35,611 bases of DNA from a virus (IMGVR_UViG_3300012682_000004:1-35611); one strand, 5' to 3'. Positions 1 through 7,558 are shown, counted from the first letter of the stretch. Made by a program: numbers and translations. The notes: generated by a model from the letters alone, not told the origin.

Positions 1-123
1 TCCAATCTGACTATACCATAAACATTTTGTCTTTCAATGCTAGTTCTGCTCGGTCAGACTTTCGTTTGAAATACTCAGCTCGTAGTTGTGTACCAAATTT
101 AGAATCGTGAGCGTCTAATTCAA
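1..123. repeat. Terminal direct repeat, copy 1 (circular overlap)
   Basis: 1-123 is identical to 35489-35611. Confidence 0.97.
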
Positions 124-328
124 CTAAATAAACCATCTGCCTAAATTGACCACCCATTGCAGTCATAATAGCGTTAGCGAGGCCGTGCGTGGCTCGTATG
201 GTAGTTTTAGCAGCTAGTTGGGCGGCTTGTTTACGTTTGATACGTTTTAACTTGGCGATATAGTCGGGACTAAGTTCACCGTTAATGTAGATTGGGAATG
301 TTGCTTGGTTGTTTGTGTTGTTTGACAT
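11..328 (-). CDS. Hypothetical protein, 105 aa, probably leaderless
   Basis: ORF with ATG 6 nt after a consensus promoter. Confidence 0.8.
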   Translation of the reverse strand: MSNNTNNQATFPIYINGELSPDYIAKLKRIKRKQAAQLAAKTTIRATHGLANAIMTAMGGQFRQMVYLVELDAHDSKFGTQLRAEYFKRKSDRAELALKDKMFMV

Positions 329-334
329 GGTTTT

Positions 335-363
335 ATATTAGCACAGATGTTTTACAATGTCAA
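335..363 (-). promoter_or_regulatory. Sigma70-type promoter
   Basis: TTGACA-17 nt-TAATAT with extended TG. Confidence 0.85.
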
Positions 364-1494
364 GAGATTATTGTGTTGAGTGTCTTTGATTGATTGCATT
401 ATTTGTACTGCTACTGGCGGGACTATTCCGTTGCCGTAGGCTTTGAGGCTGTCTTTTCTCCACTTGGCTCGACTGTAGGGAACTCCGTCCACAATTCGGG
501 ATAGCCCATCATCCATTGAGTCATCGCAGGTGCTAAACGCAACTTCTTGCCAGTTTCGCCGCCAATCAGGATATGATCTTTTAGGTCTCCCCTCCAACTG
601 CCCGGCTTCGACATGTCCCTTGGCATATCTTTTTTGGGTCTGAGCGGCCTGCCCTCTCCGTTGCTGTCTATCGCCTGTGGTGTTGGTAGCATTCCTAGAT
701 GTTCTATCGTCTGCCCGGCGTTCCAGCTTTTCCTCTTGTACTGGCTTGGCGACAGGAACTGATCGGCCCTTCCTGTCGTTGGTGTCGGTAGATTGCCGTC
801 CATTGTACGCAATAATCCATACCCTGTCCCTGCGGTGCGGAGCATTGACGGCGACAGCTGGAATAATAAACGGTTGGACTTCGTAACCTTCGCTTTCCAA
901 GTCAGCGCACACTTGTTCGAGTACCATGCCTTCGTTCCAAGTAACGAGGCCACGCACGTTTTCAGCGATGACCCAGTCCGGTTTTGTATTTCGTATAACC
1001 TCAAACATGTTAGGCCACTGGTAGCGGTCATCTGCCGTGCCGCGTCTTCGTCCGGCGGCGCTGAATGGTTGGCATGGAAAGCCGCCGGTGAGAATAGCCC
1101 AGTCTTGTGTTTGGTTTGACCCTTTTCCACTGCTGAGTCCAGGGTGTCCCGGCCTTTGGTTGCTGCCCCTTTCCAGTCCCTTGTGCTTGGTGTCGGCAAC
1201 ATTATCTGATCTATCTGAGTCGCTAGGTTCGGCATGGTCGTGCCGTTCGGGTACTTCTCCATCCGTTTCTTGAACTTGGCTAGATCCATCACGCTCTCGC
1301 TGGCTGTTGGTGTGAGTAACAAGCTCGGCGATGTCGCCCCAGAACTCTCCGTCTGGCCAGTGGTTTTTGAGTACGGCGGTTGGGAACTTTTCCCACTCGC
1401 AGAAAATATGTCTAATTGGTTCATTTGTAAACACCTCCTCAAGTGCTAGGCTAAAGCCTCCTATTCCGGCGAATAAATCATAATGAGTAATCAC
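352..1494 (-). CDS. C5 DNA cytosine methyltransferase, catalytic (alpha) chain
   Basis: Motifs I DLFAGIGG, IV GGFPCQPFS, VI ENV, VIII HRRDRVWIIA and X LKAYGNGIV are present; motif IX is absent from this frame. Confidence 0.93.
   Translation of the reverse strand: MITHYDLFAGIGGFSLALEEVFTNEPIRHIFCEWEKFPTAVLKNHWPDGEFWGDIAELVTHTNSQRERDGSSQVQETDGEVPERHDHAEPSDSDRSDNVADTKHKGLERGSNQRPGHPGLSSGKGSNQTQDWAILTGGFPCQPFSAAGRRRGTADDRYQWPNMFEVIRNTKPDWVIAENVRGLVTWNEGMVLEQVCADLESEGYEVQPFIIPAVAVNAPHRRDRVWIIAYNGRQSTDTNDRKGRSVPVAKPVQEEKLERRADDRTSRNATNTTGDRQQRRGQAAQTQKRYAKGHVEAGQLEGRPKRSYPDWRRNWQEVAFSTCDDSMDDGLSRIVDGVPYSRAKWRKDSLKAYGNGIVPPVAVQIMQSIKDTQHNNLLTL
423..1424 (-). CDS. Nested alternative-frame methyltransferase partner (beta) chain, 333 aa
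   Basis: Open same-strand frame over 1 kb; SD GAGGAGGTG at 1432-1440, 7 nt before ATG 1424; motif IX-like RLAPAMTQWMMGYPELWT; four L(P/L)TP modules. Confidence 0.8.
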   Translation of the reverse strand: MNQLDIFSASGKSSQPPYSKTTGQTESSGATSPSLLLTPTASESVMDLAKFKKRMEKYPNGTTMPNLATQIDQIMLPTPSTRDWKGAATKGRDTLDSAVEKGQTKHKTGLFSPAAFHANHSAPPDEDAARQMTATSGLTCLRLYEIQNRTGSSLKTCVASLLGTKAWYSNKCALTWKAKVTKSNRLLFQLSPSMLRTAGTGYGLLRTMDGNLPTPTTGRADQFLSPSQYKRKSWNAGQTIEHLGMLPTPQAIDSNGEGRPLRPKKDMPRDMSKPGSWRGDLKDHILIGGETGKKLRLAPAMTQWMMGYPELWTEFPTVEPSGEKTASKPTATE

Positions 1495-2669
1495 GGTAGT
1501 GTCGGCTCAACTACCCGAACTATAACCCGGCTCCCCCACCGCCCCGTAGTCATAGTAAACAGCGCAAAAACTTTAACCGGCAACAAGACTAGAAAATAAA
1601 TGAAACTATAACCAATAAAAGCCAAATACCACAAGTCACGCTTCCGTATCATCGGGTCAAGTACTCGGATAAAGCTCATCAGGCCAATCATAATAGCCAG
1701 GGCTATCAAATGCGATTCCGAACCAAAGGCAGCCTGTACAATGTGATAAATTACCGACCCTATCAACAAGAACGGTAATACAGCCGTCACCACAAAGTCA
1801 TACCATAAATAAAGCCCATGCTTCGGCAAAGCCTTTAATTGCCAAAGTAGCTCCCGCCAATAAGACTTACCCCACCGTGACTGCTGTTTAAGTAGCGCAA
1901 AAAACTTAGTCGGCGCTTGCGTATAACATTTAGCGCGGGCGGCATACCGGACTTGATACCCGGCTATCAGGACTAAATTGGTCAAGTGACGGTCATCGCC
2001 ATAAGTACACGGCTTACCTAAGAATGTCTGGTTGATAAATGATTCTTTAACGCTCTCGATTACTTCCCGCCGATAAGCCCCAAGTGGCCCCGATATACAA
2101 GTCACCGTTTTAAACCATGATTGACTAGCCCGCTCATATGCAAAGGCCATATGGTAGCGCATACCGATTAGCCGGGTCATTACACTGTAGTTATGATTAA
2201 GTACCGCTACCTCGCCGGTGACAGCGCCGGTACGTTTGTCAGCGTATAAGGTATTTACAAGCTGTTTGGCGGCGTCAGGCTTCCAGACGGTATCACTATC
2301 GCTAAATAGTATTACTTCACTGTCTGGCCTTGCCTTGGCTAGTCCGTGATACATCGCTTCCCGCTTACCGGCATTATCTTGGTATAGGTAGGTAAAGCCC
2401 GCTTTTAAGGTTATTCGTTTGATGTCGGCCGAATTGCTACTACCATCATCAACAATGATAACTTCAATGTCCGGGTAGTCGATGTGCATTAGGCTGGCCA
2501 TAGCGCGGATGAAGACGTCTAACGGTTCGTTATAAACGGCGACTATGAGGCTGGCGTTTGGGTAATGGCTAATCGGTACAGTTCGTTTACGTTCACGAGC
2601 CGATGTTGCTACTTGCATAGCTACACGACTGGCGGCGACTGCGCCGTAGAGGGAGAGGGGTTCAATCAT
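1491..2669 (-). CDS. Processive GT2 glycosyltransferase, class I hyaluronan synthase/NodC-like
   Basis: VDDGS, GKREA, DSDT, CISGPLGAYR, GDDRHLTN, QQSRWGKS, C-terminal TM helices and terminal WGS. Confidence 0.9.
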   Translation of the reverse strand: MIEPLSLYGAVAASRVAMQVATSARERKRTVPISHYPNASLIVAVYNEPLDVFIRAMASLMHIDYPDIEVIIVDDGSSNSADIKRITLKAGFTYLYQDNAGKREAMYHGLAKARPDSEVILFSDSDTVWKPDAAKQLVNTLYADKRTGAVTGEVAVLNHNYSVMTRLIGMRYHMAFAYERASQSWFKTVTCISGPLGAYRREVIESVKESFINQTFLGKPCTYGDDRHLTNLVLIAGYQVRYAARAKCYTQAPTKFFALLKQQSRWGKSYWRELLWQLKALPKHGLYLWYDFVVTAVLPFLLIGSVIYHIVQAAFGSESHLIALAIMIGLMSFIRVLDPMIRKRDLWYLAFIGYSFIYFLVLLPVKVFALFTMTTGRWGSRVIVRVVEPTLP

Positions 2670-2941
2670 TTAATATGTCCTTTGTTTTGGCCGTGTAAAA
2701 CAGCGTCAAGTTCTTCAATATTAACAAAGTGATTTAGGCGTCTATATTTAGTGTCGGCGGGTTCTTCGGATTGTATAACATGGTATGTCATACGCGATGG
2801 CCATAATTCTATATAGGCTACATCGCCGAGTATTTTTAAATGTTGGCCGCCGGAGTATGAATAATATTCCACGTTGTTATCTTTAAGGTATTTAATAACT
2901 TTAGGATGATTGTATTCCCAGTTGCCTTTTTGCCTACCCAT
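2666..2941 (-). CDS. Hypothetical protein, 91 aa
   Basis: ATG overlaps upstream TAA (TAATG) and its stop overlaps the GT2 start. Confidence 0.75.
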   Translation of the reverse strand: MGRQKGNWEYNHPKVIKYLKDNNVEYYSYSGGQHLKILGDVAYIELWPSRMTYHVIQSEEPADTKYRRLNHFVNIEELDAVLHGQNKGHIK

Positions 2942-3264
2942 TACTTCCCCCCCCAACTGGCTATAGCTTGGTCAATGGCTTGGTTCCACCCAACATGATA
3001 ACTATGTAACAAATCATCTTCTGCGTTCATGTCTATTTTCTCCCCCAAAGCTTCCTTAAACTTGGCGTTGATGGCGGTTTCGGCTACATCAACGTCGGCA
3101 TAATCAGGCTTTCTTTCCTCTGGAATAGCGTCGTAATAGCCACCTTTTCTAACTGACTCTAGTATCTCCCTGATTGTCTGGCTCCCTATTTTACTATCAG
3201 CCCCCAAGGTATAATTAGGCTGGTTGTTATTATACTTTGGGGGGTTAGGTGTTGTCTGGCTCAT
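2941..3264 (-). CDS. Hypothetical protein, 107 aa
   Basis: ORF track; coupled at both ends. Confidence 0.75.
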   Translation of the reverse strand: MSQTTPNPPKYNNNQPNYTLGADSKIGSQTIREILESVRKGGYYDAIPEERKPDYADVDVAETAINAKFKEALGEKIDMNAEDDLLHSYHVGWNQAIDQAIASWGGK

Positions 3265-3374
3265 AACTTAACCCTTTTTTTATAAATACCTTTTAATATT
3301 TGTCGAGCTTTAGTTCTTTCGGGGTTGGCGACTAAGTTCATTAGGTCGAGTGGTTGGTCGGTGGGAGTTGTCAT
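3261..3374 (-). CDS. Micro-ORF, 37 aa (MTTPTDQPL...KRVKL)
   Basis: Manual translation; ATGA overlaps at both ends. Confidence 0.65.
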   Translation of the reverse strand: MTTPTDQPLDLMNLVANPERTKARQILKGIYKKRVKL

Positions 3375-3454
3375 TTTTTATGTTCCGTACAATAACCTAG
3401 CATATAATTAGCCTCAATAACTGTTAATTGTTTTTTGCACTTTTTACATTTCAT
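3371..3454 (-). CDS. Micro zinc-finger protein, 27 aa (CKKC...CTEH)
   Basis: SD AAGGAG; MKCKKCKKQLTVIEANYMLGYCTEHKK. Confidence 0.7.
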   Translation of the reverse strand: MKCKKCKKQLTVIEANYMLGYCTEHKK

Positions 3455-3502
3455 TATTCAATCTCCTTACTTTTTATTGGGTTGGTGGGTTGCAATTCGG
3501 CC

Positions 3503-3625
3503 TTATTTATCTGGTTTTCTAAAAAGTGAATTATCGGGCCTGAAGTTGTTTGACCTATTCGGCAATTCATTGAATATCTTGCTTTCTAAGTCAGCTAGTG
3601 GGTCGTTGGGGGTGGGTTCAATCAT
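3503..3625 (-). CDS. Micro-ORF, 40 aa (MIEPTPNDPL...)
   Basis: Manual translation; overlaps the upstream stop. Confidence 0.55.
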   Translation of the reverse strand: MIEPTPNDPLADLESKIFNELPNRSNNFRPDNSLFRKPDK

Positions 3626-3800
3626 CGGTTTGGATTCCCTTATTAAACTCATCCATAGCGCCCTGTATATAACCGTCTTTGAAATTTTGTACGGCGACTT
3701 CGGTTATGATGGCCTCAATCTCTAGTTTCAATAAATCGGTATGCCCGGCTTTGAATTCTTGGATGTGGTTAGCCAGTATATTGTCTAATTTACTCATCAT
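3618..3800 (-). CDS. Hypothetical protein, 60 aa
   Basis: ORF track; ATGA coupling. Confidence 0.7.
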   Translation of the reverse strand: MMSKLDNILANHIQEFKAGHTDLLKLEIEAIITEVAVQNFKDGYIQGAMDEFNKGIQTDD

Positions 3801-3973
3801 TGAACCTTAACCCTAACCTGAAACTCCACCCTAGCCCGCTGTCGGTCAGTCAGGCCACGTTTTAGCTGGTCAGTTGTACGATTGTCAAAAGCATCAGCTT
3901 TGAAGCCGTAAATGGACTGTAGTGCCTCAATTAGTTTGAAGCGACTTATGTTTTGTATGGTTGGTTGTTTCAT
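3797..3973 (-). CDS. Hypothetical protein, 58 aa (MKQPTIQN...)
   Basis: Manual translation; first gene after the leftward promoter; TAAGG upstream. Confidence 0.7.
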   Translation of the reverse strand: MKQPTIQNISRFKLIEALQSIYGFKADAFDNRTTDQLKRGLTDRQRARVEFQVRVKVQ

Positions 3974-4006
3974 TTGTTTATGCCTTAATCTTATGTTGAT
4001 ATTATC

Positions 4007-4087
4007 ACTTTAGCTTGTCCTATTATATAAGTCAATGACAAAATAATAACTTTAATCATTGCACATGTCATATATATATAGTAAGAT
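4007..4087. promoter_or_regulatory. Divergent sigma70 promoter pair
   Basis: Minus: TTGACT(4030-4035)-17-TAAAGT. Plus: TTGCAC(4059-4064)-17-TAAGAT. Confidence 0.75.
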
Positions 4088-4112
4088 AGAATCATCTAAC
4101 AAAAGGAGTTGT

Positions 4113-4277
4113 ATGGCCGAGCGAAACATTACCAGTATTATGATACGTAAAGATACCAAGAAACGATTTATAAAACAGTTCCGTAAGACTAAAGAAACAA
4201 TTGTTGTCCGTCACTTTTATATTGATGATTATATTAATGCCCTGTTGGACGGGCAGGAAGCTAAGGGTAAAGTATGA
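4113..4277 (+). CDS. Small DNA-binding protein, ribbon-helix-helix-like, 54 aa
   Basis: SD AAGGAG before ATG 4113; TSIMIRKDTKKRF...IDDYINALLD pattern. Confidence 0.6.
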   Translation: MAERNITSIMIRKDTKKRFIKQFRKTKETIVVRHFYIDDYINALLDGQEAKGKV

Positions 4278-4654
4278 AACTCAAACTACTAAAAGATTTA
4301 CCTGGGTTCCCAGAGGGTACGGTGTTTTTACTAAAAGATAACTACAAAGGCAAGGCTGTATGGGTGTGGCAGTACCATAGCAACGAAGCTATGGTGGGGT
4401 CAAACTGGTTACAAGACTTACTGTATGGTCAGATACCAGAACCAGACGATGATTATGTAGAGTTCTTTGAGCAGATAATAGAGCAGCCCGATTTATACTA
4501 CGCTGTAAACTTTGATGGCACAATTAAAGAGTTCAGCACTTATAGCTGGTGGGGTAACCCAGATAACCCCAACGTGTTCAGTGACAAAGAAACCGCCCAA
4601 ACTAAAGCCAACCAGATTAAACAGATTAAACAGATTCTAAAGGAGTCTAACTAA
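4274..4654 (+). CDS. Hypothetical phage protein, 126 aa
   Basis: ORF track; KLLKDLPG..EGT start; ATGA coupling. Confidence 0.8.
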   Translation: MKLKLLKDLPGFPEGTVFLLKDNYKGKAVWVWQYHSNEAMVGSNWLQDLLYGQIPEPDDDYVEFFEQIIEQPDLYYAVNFDGTIKEFSTYSWWGNPDNPNVFSDKETAQTKANQIKQIKQILKESN

Positions 4655-4726
4655 ATGGAACCCCAATCAGAACCCTACGAACATAAACGGTGTCAGTATG
4701 AGGATTGTGAGTGGTGCGAGTGGTGA
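4655..4726 (+). CDS. Cys/His-rich micro-ORF, 23 aa
   Basis: SD AAGGAG; MEPQSEPYEHKRCQYEDCEWCEW; stop overlaps the next GTG. Confidence 0.55.
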   Translation: MEPQSEPYEHKRCQYEDCEWCEW

Positions 4727-5103
4727 ATGTTCACTTTAGCTCACAACGCTTAGACTGGAAAACTCCCAAAGCGGTATACCAAATACTTGATGCAGAGTTC
4801 AGCTTTGACCACGATCCATGTCCACCAAACTTTACCGTAGACGGTTTGTTAAGCGAATGGGGTCAATCCAACTACGTCAATCCACCCTACGGCCGAGAGC
4901 TACCTAAGTTTATTGAGAAGGGCTATCAAGAGTGGAACAAAGGCAAGACCGTAGTATTTTTGATACCTAGCCGAACTGATACAAGGTGGTGGCACGACTA
5001 CTGCATGAAAGCCACTGAGATACGTTTTATTAAAGGTCGGTTGAAGTTTGATGAACATGAGAACTCTGCACCGTTCCCAAGTGCTATAGTAATATTTAAG
5101 TAA
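4723..5103 (+). CDS. Phage DNA N6-adenine methyltransferase (phage Dam family)
   Basis: DWKTP, FDHDPC, YVNPPYG, LIPSRTDTRWW, IRFIKGRLKF, APFPS; start may be 4711. Confidence 0.9.
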   Translation: MNVHFSSQRLDWKTPKAVYQILDAEFSFDHDPCPPNFTVDGLLSEWGQSNYVNPPYGRELPKFIEKGYQEWNKGKTVVFLIPSRTDTRWWHDYCMKATEIRFIKGRLKFDEHENSAPFPSAIVIFK

Positions 5104-5121
5104 GATGAAAGAGAGTAAATA

Positions 5122-5394
5122 ATGTTTAGATTCTGGACTACTAAAGAACCGGACGGTGCAGAGTTACACCGTTATGAAGGTACTCTTAGTAAACAATACG
5201 ACGAAGCAATCGGTGCGCTCTTAGCAAAAACCGTGAAAGATAATCTAGCAGTTGCATGGATCGAAAAATACGGCGATAAATTACTAGAAAGTATTGCACC
5301 CGAAGAAATGGAAATAGCAATTAAACAGGCGGTAGCGAGTAAACTTTTAGGTATTCCCCCGCCCTGTGATGGTCGTAAGGATAGAGATTGGTAG
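5122..5394 (+). CDS. Hypothetical protein, 90 aa
   Basis: ORF track. Confidence 0.75.
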   Translation: MFRFWTTKEPDGAELHRYEGTLSKQYDEAIGALLAKTVKDNLAVAWIEKYGDKLLESIAPEEMEIAIKQAVASKLLGIPPPCDGRKDRDW

Positions 5395-5425
5395 ACGACT
5401 CCTCCCTACTCCCCTAACCCACTTA

Positions 5426-5434
5426 TGCTATACT
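5426..5434 (+). promoter_or_regulatory. Extended -10 promoter of the endolysin
   Basis: TGCTATACT 10 nt before ATG; no SD. Confidence 0.65.
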
Positions 5435-5444
5435 GCCCCTAACT

Positions 5445-6422
5445 ATGGTAGTACTTAAACCGACCATTCAATCACGACCGGCTAGGAGTGGTAACTTTAC
5501 GCGCGGTCGTAATACTCGTGTGACTGACATCACGTTCCATCATATTGTAGGTGACGCCCCCGCCGCCATCAACCGCTTCTGTCATACTGACGATGGAGTA
5601 AGCGCAACCTACATTATCGGTTCAGACGGTACGATATACCAGAACGTAGCTGACAATGACACTCCACACACTAACGGCAACTTTTCAAGTAACAGTCGGT
5701 CTATAACGATTGAACATGCGGGCGGCCATGCTAACGTGCCGTATACCGACGCCATGTACAATGCTAGTATTCAGCTAGTCGCCTGGCTGATTCAAACTTA
5801 CGGCATTACTACGTTTAGGCGGCACCGTGACATAATTCCTACAGCTTGTCCGGGCGGCTTAAACGTCGAGCATATTATTAACAATGCGCGGGCTACATTA
5901 GACCGAGCAGAACAAGGAGTACCCATTATGATTCCCGACCAAGATAATTACTACATGCGCTACGGCGTAAACCTAGCTTCACGTTTACGAGGCCGTCAAT
6001 TAAGCCGTGATGAGTTCCGAACATACATAGTCGGACAAACTGATTTACGAGCCATTGAAATACTAAGCGACAACACAGAAGCCGACCAAATCCAAGACGC
6101 TCAAAACTTAGGCGTGATTGCCGTCCGTGATAATTGGGCTAATCAAATACATTCATTACTAGCCGCCCAAACTCAACTATCCCAAACGATTACTGACTTA
6201 CAAAAAGTAGTCGCCAATGTTCAAGCCGACGACCAAAACGACAAACAATCTATATCACAAGGACTAGAAAAAATCGCTACCCTGACCAACCAAATCGAAG
6301 CCATCAATACGACTCAAGCTAATAACGAAGCCGCTATCAAGACGGCTCAAGCCAAAGCCCCAAGCGCCACCAAATCTAGTTGGTTTGTTAAACTACTAGC
6401 CGCCCTAACTACCAAAAAGTAA
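5445..6422 (+). CDS. Endolysin, N-acetylmuramoyl-L-alanine amidase (Amidase_2) with C-terminal coiled coil
   Basis: ITFHH, SATYIIG.DG.IYQ.V, NSRSITIEH, RHRD..PTACPG. Confidence 0.9.
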   Translation: MVVLKPTIQSRPARSGNFTRGRNTRVTDITFHHIVGDAPAAINRFCHTDDGVSATYIIGSDGTIYQNVADNDTPHTNGNFSSNSRSITIEHAGGHANVPYTDAMYNASIQLVAWLIQTYGITTFRRHRDIIPTACPGGLNVEHIINNARATLDRAEQGVPIMIPDQDNYYMRYGVNLASRLRGRQLSRDEFRTYIVGQTDLRAIEILSDNTEADQIQDAQNLGVIAVRDNWANQIHSLLAAQTQLSQTITDLQKVVANVQADDQNDKQSISQGLEKIATLTNQIEAINTTQANNEAAIKTAQAKAPSATKSSWFVKLLAALTTKK

Positions 6423-6652
6423 TGGCCCGAAAATCACACAGCCCGACTCATTTATGGCTAATGGGTAATACGGTGCTGCGTGTATTCGGCTGGCTGTTTT
6501 TGACAGTTCTGGTAATTTGTTCAATAATTGTATTCAGTATTATTAGTAGCTTGAAGCGTGATTGTGACCCAGCTTATAAAGAATCAATCGGGCTGTTTGA
6601 TTACAACTTTAAGCTAATAGTTAGTAGCAGTAAAAAAGGTTGCCCGAGCTAA
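6422..6652 (+). CDS. Membrane protein, 76 aa
   Basis: One TM segment; TAATG-coupled to the endolysin. Confidence 0.7.
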   Translation: MARKSHSPTHLWLMGNTVLRVFGWLFLTVLVICSIIVFSIISSLKRDCDPAYKESIGLFDYNFKLIVSSSKKGCPS

Positions 6653-6729
6653 TGGACAACCTGACTTTATTATTCTTTGTTCTGATGCTGGTGATAGGCT
6701 ACTTACTTATGACTAAGGGTAGGTTCTAG
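6652..6729 (+). CDS. Single-TM peptide, 25 aa
   Basis: MDNLTLLFFVLMLVIGYLLMTKGRF; TAATG coupling. Confidence 0.6.
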   Translation: MDNLTLLFFVLMLVIGYLLMTKGRF

Positions 6730-6890
6730 CGCTTCAGGGCTGGTAGGACACCGGCTGACTCGATAAGTATTAGTATACCTGTTAGGCCAGCGAACAGCCC
6801 TAAGACTACGTTGCTGACGGCCAGAACGCTTAGTAATGATAGCGCCCAGATGATTAAGGTTATTGCCAAGAGTAAAGAACTTATAGACAC
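6726..6890 (-). CDS. Two-TM protein, 54 aa (holin-like candidate)
   Basis: GTG with SD AAGGA; own TGCTATACT at 6924-6932; very hydrophobic with a KR C-terminus. Confidence 0.7.
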   Translation of the reverse strand: MSISSLLLAITLIIWALSLLSVLAVSNVVLGLFAGLTGILILIESAGVLPALKR

Positions 6891-6934
6891 TGTGTATTCC
6901 TTTGGTTAGTTGTTATGGTTGTGAGTATAGCACT

Positions 6935-7486
6935 TTATTTACTCGAGTATTTAACTTCTGCTTCTAGGCGAGCTTTTATAGCATCTTCTTTATTTTTAAA
7001 CATTTTTCTAAGTACTGCTACCCCGTCAATTGTTAACTTGGCTTCCCACTTGCCACACTGTTTTGCGTAGCCCACCCCGACCACCTCGTTACTGTTTGTC
7101 CTGTTACACATTTGTTCTCTTTGAGTAGCCCAACGACAGTTACTCGGTGTATATCCTTTATTATTATCAATACGATCAATGCTATGTTTCGGGCTTGGTT
7201 TTTTACCCATATCTTTTAAGAAATTATGGTATCCATACGTACCACCCCAACGACTGCATACCTTAATACCTCTACCACCGTAGTACTTGTAGCATGAAGA
7301 ATTAGGACTTAAACATCTATACCTCATAGCCGCCCAAGTACTATGTTCTGAACTACGACAATCACCATGCCTAGCAAACTTTAGAAGGTGTGGACTTCCA
7401 TACTTTCTAATTCTCCATTCATGCATAGGGCATACATTTTTTTTATGGCTTTGTTTATCGCAAGCTTTGATAATACAATATCTCAT
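6935..7486 (-). CDS. HNH homing endonuclease with AP2-like C-terminal domain
   Basis: YGGRGIKVC.RW, HSIDRIDNNKGY.PSNCRWAT..EQ..N, AIKARLEAE. Confidence 0.92.
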   Translation of the reverse strand: MRYCIIKACDKQSHKKNVCPMHEWRIRKYGSPHLLKFARHGDCRSSEHSTWAAMRYRCLSPNSSCYKYYGGRGIKVCSRWGGTYGYHNFLKDMGKKPSPKHSIDRIDNNKGYTPSNCRWATQREQMCNRTNSNEVVGVGYAKQCGKWEAKLTIDGVAVLRKMFKNKEDAIKARLEAEVKYSSK

Positions 7487-7549
7487 ATAGTCTCCATGAT
7501 TGTCTTTAAGCGGATGTTGTGGAGGCTATCTTTATAGTCTCTTAACCAT

Positions 7550-7558
7550 ATTATAGCA
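7550..7558 (-). promoter_or_regulatory. Extended -10 promoter of the HNH gene
   Basis: TGCTATAAT. Confidence 0.7.

Noticed and set aside
1-123. Biological terminal repeat of the virion DNA
   Set aside because: It cuts through a gene end and is more simply an assembly overlap of a circularly permuted genome; read data would be needed
3435-3725. Plus-strand 96-aa ORF, and minus-strand ORF 8237-8431
   Set aside because: Each opposes a chain of coupled micro-ORFs that explains the region better
3804-3818. Telomere-like CCTTAACCCTAACC
   Set aside because: Only about two units, and it encodes QVRVKV in ORF 3797-3973
4613-4636. 9-bp tandem CAGATTAAA
   Set aside because: In-frame slippage duplication (QIKQIKQI) with no sign of function
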